In this document: positions 52,790 through 64,000 of the stretch, piece after piece
Numbering within the stretch: the stretch's first letter is position 1
Layout: each line of letters starts with the position of its first letter
Position numbers and translations under genes: made by a program
The notes under the pieces: model-generated
The model's database searches: none
Told to the model about the DNA's origin: nothing
What the model saw: the letters and a program-made list of their open reading frames with translations, nothing else
NCBI RefSeq assembly: GCF_006345805.1
Contig: NC_043020.1
Location: 29,264,001-29,328,000, forward strand
Origin: Octopus sinensis
Lineage: Eukaryota
Direction of reading: 5' to 3'
Length of the DNA stretch: 64,000 nt

Positions 52790-53300
52790 TTCTATAACCG
52801 GAAGTCCGTTTCGTGTTTAGTTTATATTCGAACATATCCTTGTTTTTAATCTCTTTGAATTCTCCCTGCAAAGATGGAGTTTGGTTCCTAACAGATTTAT
52901 TCCATCGCTGGAACTTGGATATAAACAACAACATGGCGTGTTGAACTGTAGAATTGTCTTAAAGATTATCAGCTTACAGATCGAATTTGCAGAATGCAAG
53001 TCAGAAGGTCATTTGGTCTGACCGGAACCTTCAACTTTCCCAGACTTAGTAACGTAATGCTATGGGCGAATAATTTTAAGTTAACAAATATGCATTGGTT
53101 TCGAAGCAGTTGGCCATAAATAATCTCTTTCTCGCTAATTTTTCACTGAGATGTTTACATCCGCTCGTACAACTAATCTCCGCAGCCATATTTGTTTTCA
53201 GTTTTCTCTTGCGGAAATCTGTTTCACAAATCCGGATGCGTGTTATCCGGGTTTGGATTGCATAAGTGCATTCGATAAATACCCTGAATAAATTATGAGT
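52790..53300. promoter_or_regulatory. Candidate housekeeping-type promoter island
   Basis: ETS CCGGAAGT at 52798; YY1-like AACATGGCG (52930, +) and AAATATGGCTGC (53193-53182, -); donor-like GTAAGC on - at 52977; unique CpG-containing DNA. Confidence 0.3.
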
Positions 53301-54269
53301 AAAAACGATAAACGACGAATGAGAATAGAGAAGTCAGTGAAGAACAGGAAACGGATCCATTCCAGTCTCCTTCAGCCATTTCAATATTTTCTTTGGTCAA
53401 TAGCTTTATAGCGTCTGGTGAAATCTTCTATATTTTACTTGTTTCAGTCATTGAACTGCGGCCATGCTACGGCACCACCTTGAAGGGCTTGGGTGAACAA
53501 ATCGACCCCAGTACTTATTCTGTAGTTCTCATTTGTCGAACTTCTAACTTACGAAGGATGTAAGCAAACCAATACCTATTTCTTTACTATCCACAAGGGG
53601 CTAAACACAGAGGGAACAAACAAGGACAAACAGATTAAGTCGATTACATCGACCCCAGTGTGCAACTGGTACTTATTTTATAGACCCCAAAAGGATGAAA
53701 GGTAAAGTCGACCTCGGCGGAATTTGAACTCAGAACGTAACGGCAGACGAAATACGGCTACGCATTTCGCCCGACGTGCTAACGATTCTGCTAGCTCGCC
53801 GCCCTAAGCAAACCAATACCGGTTGTCAAGCGGTGCTGTGGGTCAAACACAAGCACAAAAACACACACAAGTATATATGACGTGCTTCGACACAGTTTCC
53901 GTCTACCAAATTCATTCACAAGGCATTGGTCAGCCTTGCCAAATAGCAGAAGACTTGCCTCACGTCCGTGCTGTAGAATTGAACCGAAACCACAAAGCAA
54001 GCTTCTTAACTACATGGCCATGCCTGTGCCTATACCGAGGAATTGTTTAACATCGTATTTCAATTTGCATTAAAAATTATCTCCCTTGCAAGGAGACATT
54101 TATAGAGATGATGGTTGCATTGTTTTGCGCAGAATGAACGTTTATGAAGTTGACCGATTGTGATAAGACCTCGTCAAATCATTTACTGAATTAATTTCAC
54201 AAGTAACAGATAACACTAACCAGAGTATAATCTTAATGTAGCAAAGTGTGATACGGTAGCACAAGTGAT

Positions 54270-55275
54270 CGGTGATTTTTTCCCCAGACTACCTCCATCC
54301 GTGCCCTCTAACACAGTGGAAGCGCACAAACGATGATACAATAAAATGCAACAGTACATCTACATTAAGATATTCATGAATTTCCTCAGACTTGTGTGAC
54401 AAGGTGCAATAGCATGCGACTGCGATAATTTTTCCAGACCACTTCCAGCTGTGGCCTCCACCAAAGAGTGGCATCAGACAAGGGAAAATGCAGTAGGATG
54501 TGACAATATGTCAAGATATTAATGATTTTTGCAAGATGACCTCCAACCGTTGCCTCTCCTAAAGTTCAACATCGAATAAAGGATGGCGTAGTAAAATGCA
54601 GCAGCACAAAATATCGATGACTTTCCCAAGACGACTTCTAACCGTGACCTCTACCAAAAAATAGAAGCTAGCAAATGGTAATGTAGTAAGATGCAACAGT
54701 ACATAACGATAGCGATGATTTTCATCAAATGACTTCCAACCGTGCCCTCTGCCAAAGAATGGAATCGAACAAAGGATGATGTAATAAGATGCAGCAAGTC
54801 ATTAAAATATTGGTGATTTTTCCCCAGACGACTTCCATCCGTGTCATCCACCAAGGAGTGACATCAAACAAAGGATGGTGTAGTAAGATGCAACAACACA
54901 TCAAGATATCGATGATGATTCTCAGACCACTTCCAGTCTTGCCCTCCACCAAAGAGTAGCACTGGGGAAATAATGATGTAATAAGATGCGGCAGCACATC
55001 AAGATATCGATTTCCAGCCGTGCCTTCCACCAAAAAGAGGCATCGGACAAAGGATGATGTAATAAAATGCAGGGTGTCATGGAGATAGTAATGATTTTCT
55101 CCAGACGACATCCATCCGTGCCCTCTACCTAGGAGTAGCATCAGACAAAGAAAGATATAGGCCAGCACATGAACATATCGACTTCTAGCCGTGCCCTCTC
55201 CCCAAGAAAGGTATCGAGCAGAGGATGAGTCAATACGATGTAACAACACAAGGGGATATCGATGATTTCCCCCCA
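54270..55275. repeat. Diverged tandem repeat, unit about 98 bp, about 10 copies
   Basis: Recurring gatgattttccccagacgacttcca.ccgtgccctc.acca..gagt.gcatc..acaaaggatgatgta.taagatgcagca.cacatcaagatatc, with starts near 54616, 54714, 54812, 54910 and 55008. Confidence 0.85.
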
Positions 55276-55406
55276 GATATGTCAGGCGTTCTGCGCCTGC
55301 GTCAGAAATGCATGTGTAGGCGCAAATTCAGCTGGTTGCGAATTCCCCCACATTATTGACAATCTAAACACGGTGTTTGCAAACCCCTTCGAAACTGCAA
55401 GCCGTC

Positions 55407-55420
55407 GTTACCATAGTAAC
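55407..55420. promoter_or_regulatory. Candidate RFX X-box
   Basis: GTTACCATAGTAAC matches GTTRCC-AT-RGYAAC and lies in a CpG-containing unique island (55260-55440). Confidence 0.4.
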
Positions 55421-55448
55421 TCACAAGTGGGAATCCCAATACATACAT

Positions 55449-55502
<54 letters not shown>

Positions 55503-56059
55503 ATTTATACACAGCCAGCTCGTTGCAGGGCAAGCACTGGAAAAAAAATCAATATGAGCTGTTACAGATATTGTGTAGAGTTGTTCAATTAACGTCTGCA
55601 CAAGCATAAATGCACGCAAGCAATCAGGTGTTCGTGATCATACAAGCACGCAAACACACACACACATACTCACAGACACACAGACGCACACATAGATAGA
55701 CACAAGCATACGCACACAGAGACACCGCGTTGACTTACACTTACATGGACTCTTATATATGCAAACGCAAAGACAAATAAAATCGCGCGCGGGTGATTGT
55801 TTTGGTGTTGATGTATTTAAGGCTGGGAACATTAAAAATATAAACAAGTTAAGTAGGAATGATTAAGTTGCAGCGAAAATAAAAGACAAAAAAGAGAATG
55901 TGAAGAACAAAAAGCAGTTTGGTAAATGCTTGTTAATATCTCTGTATTTATTATTAAGGGACTCACAGAATATGAAGAACGGCGAGCATATTAAAGCTAT
56001 CTGTCTCTCTACCTACTTACCTATCTATCTGTCTTTTCTCCTTTCCCTTTTTTTAAAAA

Positions 56060-56208
56060 ATTTTATCGCCCCTCTTTTTTGTCCTCTTTCTTTCCTTTTA
56101 CGATCCCTTTTGATCGAAAACCAAACCCCCTTTTTTACCCCCAAAAGAAAAGCTCTACCTTGTAATTTGTCCTGTCTGTATGCAGCCCTGTGTGGCTATT
56201 AAAGAAAC

Positions 56209-56210
<2 letters not shown>
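56060..56210 (+). mobile_element. Second, shorter 3' UTR copy of the Tx1-like element, followed by (TATC)n
   Basis: ccccaaaagaaaagctctaccttgtaa..tgtcc..ctgt.tgcagccctg.gtggc.a.taaagaaac is shared with 57069-57140. Confidence 0.65.
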
Positions 56211-56288
<78 letters not shown>

Positions 56289-56331
56289 GTCTGTCTATTT
56301 ATCTTGTATCTGTGCACCTATCTATCTATCT

Positions 56332-56422
<91 letters not shown>

Positions 56423-56459
56423 CATCCATCTATCTCGCCTCCTTCCTTAAAACGGGAAG

Positions 56460-57139
56460 GAAGAGTATTTCATCATCATTGTGGCTATGGCGAAAGAATG
56501 TATCTGGTGGACGCGCGTCTGAAAGGATTGGAGACAAACACTTTCCTCTCTGGTCAATCTCTCATCAACTTCTTCAAATACCACTTGAAAAGGAAAGTGA
56601 GAGGAGGAGGCAAGTTTTGTCTAGCGAATGTTTTAAAAAAAGTGGGTGAATGTAGCAAGGACGGCATGTATGATGACGAAGCCACCCTGAGCATAATCCT
56701 ATGAACCCAGAATTGAAAACAGAGGGTTACCCACTTGCAAACAAATGTGGTAACATATAACAATATTGACCAAGGTTACCGTGGTCTTTTCGTAGGCTTT
56801 TCTTCCCACGGATAAACCTTACTTGCTTTCCCCTTTACACCATATATCAAACACTGTGATACACGATCCCTATTGATCGTTGTTTCCTCTTCCCTTTTTT
56901 TCTTCTTTTTTCATTTCTCTTTTCTTTTGTTCCTTTTCCTTTTCTTTTTTCTTTTTTATTTATTTATTTATTTATTATATTTATTGTTCTTTTCTTCCTT
57001 TATGATCTCTCTTGATGGAAAACCTACGCCACCCCCTTTTTTTGGTTCTTTGTTTTTGTTTTTTTCATCCCCCAAAAGAAAAGCTCTACCTTGTAACTTG
57101 TCCCATCTGTGTGCAGCCCTGCGTGGCCAATAAAGAAAC

Positions 57140-57145
<6 letters not shown>
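56460..57145 (+). mobile_element. Tx1/L1-like LINE 3' end (ORF2 C-terminus plus 3' UTR) followed by (TATC)n
   Basis: IIVAMAKECIWWTR..KGLETNTFLSGQSLINFFKYHLKRKVR..F...W, then a T-rich UTR ending ...aaagaaac before (TATC)n. Confidence 0.6.
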
Positions 57146-57205
<60 letters not shown>

Positions 57206-57239
57206 GTCTGTCTGTCTATTTATCTATGTATCTGTGCAC

Positions 57240-57292
<53 letters not shown>

Positions 57293-57916
57293 CACCCGTC
57301 TATCTATCTGTCTATCTATCTATTTACCTGTCTATCTATCTATTTACCTGTCTAACTATCTATATATTTGTCTGTCTATCTATCTGTCCCTCCTCTCTCT
57401 CCACATGTGTGTGTTCTGGCTATGACAAACTGCACTCGGTAGTGAGGCACCAGTTCTGGAGTCCTGGAGTATGGGGAGCATAGAGCCACCCCCTAATTAC
57501 TATGTCTCCCAGGTCCGTTCCGATAAGGAACAATACTACATCAGGGTTCAACTATAGGTCAAATAGATTTCCCGGGGGTACAGGGGGAGAGGGGCTTCCC
57601 GTTGACAAAGCCGTGAGGAGGACAGCTCATCTAGAATAAAAACTACTCCTGCATAAAACTTGCTGTCCAAATTGGATCGGTCATCTTGCCATGCTTGTCA
57701 CCGGAACTGACTATGGCGACCGAGAGAGTGGCAACAGTCTTGCTCAAGCTTTTGTCACTGAAATCCAGTGACACACGGTTGCATCTGTGTTCTGTTCATT
57801 TCTTGAATGTGAAACGACTGCCATCCGACCAGATGGAGCAGTCGGCATCATCATCATCATCATCATCTATATATATTAATGTTGCTCATTACTCTGTGCA
57901 TTATTTCAATACTTAC

Positions 57917-58150
57917 AAGGCAGTGAGCTGGCAGAATCGTTAGAACGCCGGGCGAAATGCTTAGCGGTATTTCGTCTGCCGTTACGTTCTGAGTTCAAAT
58001 TCCGCCGAGGTCGACTTTGCCATTCATCCTTTCGGGGTCGATTAAATAAGTATCAGTTACGCACTGGGGTCGTTTTAATCGACTTAATCCGTTTGTCTGT
58101 CCTTGTTTGTCCCTTCTGTGTTTAGCTCCTTGTGGGTAGTAAAGAAATAG
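57917..58150 (+). mobile_element. SINE family B, full length, followed by a partial tandem copy
   Basis: Matches the family B consensus; a second partial copy occupies 58150-58310. Confidence 0.9.
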
Positions 58151-58725
58151 GTATTTCGTCTATCTTCCCGTTCTGAGTTCAAATGCCGCCGAGGTCGATC
58201 TTGCCTTACATCTTTTCGGGGTCGAGTAAATAAGTACCAGTTACACACTAGGGTTCAAGTAATCGACTTAATCCCTTCCCTCAAATTTAAGGCCTTTTGT
58301 TTTCAGTAGAAAAAATTATTTCTCTACTTATTTTGTGATTTATTTTAAATATAAATGCTTGTCACATGTCTGTTTTCCGCTATTACTATGCTCTAAAGAT
58401 TGGTACATTGCGGCATCTATTTCGGGTCTTTACGTTCTGAGTTCAAATCCTGCCGTCCTCGTGCTTTGGTGAGGAACCATTGCACTTTGCAGAATCCTTC
58501 GAGCTTCCGGCAAAATATCTTGTAACCATGTTTTCTGGCTCTTTACATTCTGAACGGAAATCCGACCGAGGACAACTTTACCTTTCATCCTTTCCGGGTC
58601 AATAAAATAAGTTGAGCATTTTGGGGTCGAGATAATCAACTTACTCCCTCCCCCGCGAAATTATTGTGCCAAAATTTGAAATCATCATCACCATCACCAT
58701 CACCATCACCATTACTATCATTATT

Positions 58726-58775
<50 letters not shown>

Positions 58776-59174
58776 TATTATTATTATTATTATTATTATT
58801 AGTTGTTGTTGTTGTTGTTTGTTACTGGATTGTAATTTTTCTGTTGTTTTATCATGTTGGCAACTTCTGGTGTGTAATTGGAGTTGTATTATCTTATTTT
58901 GTTGGATAAATGTGTTGTAGTGCCTATGTTGGTCTGACAGACAGACAGGTAGACAAACAGACATACAGATAGATAGATAAATAAATAGATAGATAGAGAG
59001 AGAGAAAGGAAGGTAGGCAGGAGGGCAGGTAGATAAACAGATGGGTAGGTAGGTATATATATATATATATATATATGGAGAGAGAGAGGAGAAAGAGAGA
59101 GAGGAAGTAAGATAGGCAGATAGCAAGATAGAGACATACATACAGACAGGCAGACAGATAGACAAATAGATAGG

Positions 59175-59254
<80 letters not shown>

Positions 59255-59699
59255 CAGACAGAACAAAATGGAGAATGCATGAGTGAATGAGACAGAGAGA
59301 GATGAAAAAAGCAAGAGAGTTTGAGAAGTGAAAGGCGGGAAGAGCGTGCAAGAATGAGAAAGGAGGAGGAGGAAGAGGAGCAGAAAGGAGTTTTCCTTCT
59401 GCCGAAGGGAAAACCTCGAACCATTTCTGTTCACCTGATTCCTGTGGAAATGTTTGGAAATGTTGTTTTCGGTTCCGTTCACCAAACTTTGCTGCCAGCA
59501 TTGTGTTACCTTCCTTGGCAACGGAGCCAGTAAGTCGATGACGTCACCTGACTACACTTGCTCACGCGCAACTTCCAGACACGTGAACTGGACACGTGTC
59601 TACCGTAATCATACAAGTTGGGGAATAACTCGTACAGGGATTCCGTCTCTTTTTTTTTATCATTTTACATTAATTTTATCTCTTTCTGTTTGGCGGCCT

Positions 59700-60160
59700 A
59701 CCGACACCATCGCCATCATCATAACCATCATCATCATCATCACCACCGTCATTACCACCGTCGTCGTCGTCATCATCCTCATCATCATCACAAACTACCA
59801 TCATCATCATCATCATCATCATCATCATAAACATCACCACCACCACCACCACCACTATCATATTTACCATCATCATCATCATCATCGTCATCATCACCAC
59901 CACCACCACTATCATATTTACCATCATCATCATCATCATCATCATCGTCATCGTAATCACCACCACCACCACCATCAACAACAACTACAATAACAGTATC
60001 AGTGTCGCCACCATAATCGCTATCACCAACACCAGCGCCACCTGCGACATAAGCAACATCACCACCACCAACAACAACAACAAAAGCAAATACCGCCACC
60101 ATCGCCACCTCACAACCAACGCCACAATTAACAGCACCAGCATCATCATCATCAGCACTA
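59700..60160. repeat. (CAT/CAC)n compound trinucleotide array
   Basis: Direct reading; source of His-rich and Asp-rich pseudo-ORFs. Confidence 0.9.
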
Positions 60161-60504
60161 TTAATATTCTTTCTGTTCTCTGCACAATGCCTGAAATGTT
60201 TTGCGGCGGGAAGAGGGGGAGGTAAGTCGATTACGTCGAACCCCAGTGCGTAACTGGTACTTATTTCGTCCTGAAAGCATAAAAGGCAAACTCAATCTCG
60301 GCAGAATTTGAACTCAGAGCACAAGGACGGACGATATGACACTAAGTATTTTGTCCGGCATGCTAACGTTTCTGCCAGCTCGTTGCAGGGACAAATTTAC
60401 GAGTTTCCCTTTTTCCTTTAATATTTATCGTGTTTTTAACAAACTTAGTCCATATATTTTCATCCTACCTCACCGCCACCGCACCAATGATCGTACTCAT
60501 GTAT

Positions 60505-60559
<55 letters not shown>

Positions 60560-60568
<9 letters not shown>

Positions 60569-60713
60569 GTAAGTAGCTTGCTTACCAACCACATGATTTC
60601 GGGTTCAGTCCCACTGCGTGGCACCTTGGGCAAGTGTCTTCTACTATAGCCTCGAGCCGACCAAAGCCTTGTGAGTGGATTTGGTAGATGGAAACTGAAA
60701 GAAGCCCGTCGTA

Positions 60714-60758
<45 letters not shown>

Positions 60759-60970
60759 ATGTTTGTATGTCTGTGTTTGTCCCCCCAACATCGCTTGACA
60801 ACCGATGCTGGTGTGCTTGCGTCCCCGTCACTTAGCGGTTCGGCAAAAGAGACCGATAGCATAAGTACTTGGCTTACAAAGAATAAGTCCTGGGGTCGAG
60901 TTGCTCGACTAAAGGCGGTGCTCCAGCATGGCCGCAGTCAAATGACTGAAACAAGTAAAAGAGTAAAAGG
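60560..60970 (+). mobile_element. SINE family A, near full length
   Basis: Matches the family A consensus. Confidence 0.9.
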
Positions 60971-62039
60971 ATATAGCTGTTTTTCGTTTAGACCTATTGA
61001 TAATACGACTATGTTCTAGTGTGTGTGTATGTGTGCGTGTAGTAAGTAAACAAACTGTATTCTGTTCCTGGAGAAACAAGATGAAACCATCTTCAAACGG
61101 TAGCGTTGAAACTATTCAGCCTTATCTATTATTTATTCATCTATAACTTCACAACCGGTTCTGATTAATTTTAAACACTCTCATTGTTCGTTTGTACGCT
61201 TATATTTATATAATTAGCGGTTGGACACCTTAGCAACAATACCCTATGGTATAGTTTCAGCCCTGGGCACAAAGCCAGCAATTTTAGGAGGAGGAGTAAC
61301 CGATTATACCAATCTCTGGACTCAATTGGTACTTTTTGTATGGACTCCGAAAGGATGAAAAGCAAGTGGACTTCAACAGAATTTGAACTCAAACATTTAA
61401 GAGCCGGAAGAAATGCGCCTCACTAGCTCACCGCCTTACTATATAATTAAATAGGGCACATGGCTAGAAATTTGGTAGGAGGGCACCAGTCGATTCCATC
61501 GATCCCATTGCTCAACTGGACCTATATTTTATCAACTTCGAGAGGATGTAAGACAAAATCGACCTCGGCAGAATTTGAACTCAGATCGTTAGAGCCGGGA
61601 AAAAACATGGACAAACGATGCTGCCGGCTCGCAAACCGTACTACATTGGAGAATATAATCCACAGCATTACATCTAACGAGTACCAGTAAGTACTAACGG
61701 TGGGCTTTTGTGCAGCAACAGAAAGCCTGTCGATAAATGTTGTTTGTCAGAAAAAAGGGGTTTCCTGACGAATTCAGAGGAGATATAACATTTTCTTTGT
61801 CCCTTTATTTAAATAAGTATAGAATCATGTAATAACGGATTTTAAAAGTATTTTCAAAAAGCCCCTTATAATCCCTTTTAGTATCAGCCTCGGGATATTT
61901 TATGGATACATTACGTAGTTTATAAATATATTACTGTTTTTTGGAAAGATGAGAACTTTGAGGATCAGTTCTGTTTTTCATGTGGGATCTATGTGAGGAT
62001 ATGATCTCTCTTTTAACTTCAATAACTGATCTTAAGGTT

Positions 62040-62540
<501 letters not shown>

Positions 62541-63094
62541 GAATGTTATGAGTGTTGAAAAATTTACTGTATTTGTATGACGGCGGAAAATGTCTCACCG
62601 GAAACAGAAATTCCCAACAAATGTCCCCTTGTTACAACCTAGTCATATAACGGATTGAACCAAATTATCTTCCGCTTCCAAGCTCTACTCTAGTATTGCC
62701 CGTAATTTCTTTGTGTCCTAGGCTTCCACTGAAGCTCTTCTGCTGTTCTGTGCATCACTACGACAGCGATGCTTCTATCTGAGGATACAGCAGAGATGCT
62801 TTTATCTACTTCAATTGCATGCTTCCTAATTATAACGATTGGCCAGTCATTTTGGTGGCTGTTTGTGGTGGAGTGCTTGCAAGGTCAAGTGCTTAACGTA
62901 ATGTTATGTCTAGAAAGCTGTCTGTGCTTAAGACTGTGATGATGTTGATGGCGAAGTCAAACTTCTTAAATATCGGCTAAACGAGTGCATCTGGAACACA
63001 GCTTTCTGCGCCATAGATTGCTTCACCGACCGCACGTACGCCGTACGTGCCTGGAACTCCGAACGATAATGGACCGAATAACCAACTAATTGCC

Positions 63095-63605
63095 AATACA
63101 TGCATACATACATAATCATACATACATACATACATACATACATACATACATACGTACGTACGTACGTACATACATACATACATATATACATACATACATA
63201 CGTACATGCATACATACATACATACATACATACATAATCATACATACATACATACATACGTACATACATACATACATACGTACGTACATACATACATACA
63301 TATATACATACATAATCATACATACATACATACATACATACATAATCATACATACATACATACATCATACATACATACATACATACATACATACACACAT
63401 ACATATATACATACATAATCATACATACATACATACATACATACATACATGCATACATACTCACACACATACATACATACATACATACATACATACAAAA
63501 TGCATACATACATACATACATATATACATACATACATACATAAATACATACATACATACAAACATACACACATACATACATACATACATACATACATTTA
63601 CATAC
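63095..63605. repeat. (TACA)n microsatellite
   Basis: Direct reading. Confidence 0.95.
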
Positions 63606-63819
63606 ACAGAAGCCAGTTCCTTCTTCTGAGAAAGAATTAAAATGATTAAAAACGGAAGAAAAACACGCGCGCGTGCACGCACACCCATATTCTTATATGA
63701 AGACATCGATATAATGTTATCTGTGTGTACACATATTCACGCATACATGCATACACTCATGCGCATACACATAGACGTGTATGCCATTATTCAGTTTTAT
63801 TTCCGTTTTATGCAGATAT

Positions 63820-63901
63820 ATAGACAGACAGACAGACAGACAGACAGATAAATAGATAGATAGATAGATAGATAGACAGATAGGTAGATAGATAGATAGA
63901 C

Positions 63902-63935
<34 letters not shown>

Positions 63936-64000
63936 GTAGGTAGATAGATAAGATATATAGATAGATAGATAGGTAGGTAGGTAGGTAGGTAGATAGATAG
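63820..64000. repeat. (GATA)n/(GACA)n microsatellite
   Basis: Direct reading. Confidence 0.95.

Noticed and set aside
54725-55249. 174-aa repetitive ORF (CCILLHHPLF-like units)
   Set aside because: The underlying unit is about 98 bp, not a multiple of 3, and neighbouring units shift frame.
62930-63075. Protein-looking frame DCDDVDGEVKLLKYRLNECIWNTAFCAIDCFTDRTYAVRAWNSER*
   Set aside because: It is short, has no recognisable family and no upstream partner exons; a BLASTx search would be needed.

Overview
Repeat-saturated animal genomic DNA. An octopus or other coleoid cephalopod origin is inferred from the tRNA-derived SINE families and the very high microsatellite density; it was not checked against a database. 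Two multi-exon protein-coding genes were reconstructed by hand, with GT-AG junctions and consistent phases. The first is an 11-exon secreted GH18 chitinase on + (7764-25318, 553 aa: signal peptide, intact DxxDxDxE catalytic motif, two CBM14 domains). The second is a convergent 7-exon NUDT17-like Nudix hydrolase on - (37160-27924, about 301 aa). The rest is SINEs, LINE remnants (R4/Dong-like, RTE, CRE-like, Tx1-like), Penelope-like elements (PLEs), a Helitron, MITE-like hairpins, minisatellites, microsatellites and a 100-N gap. Most long ORFs in the supplied track are microsatellite artefacts. The most notable signal is three distinct (TA)n-embedded PLE-type repeat families. Each carries a minimal hammerhead-ribozyme-like motif with a palindromic stem III, and two have inverted terminal copies ending at the same relative position. 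A second theme is several unrelated retroelements that each sit in their own microsatellite type (TA, TAA, TATC).
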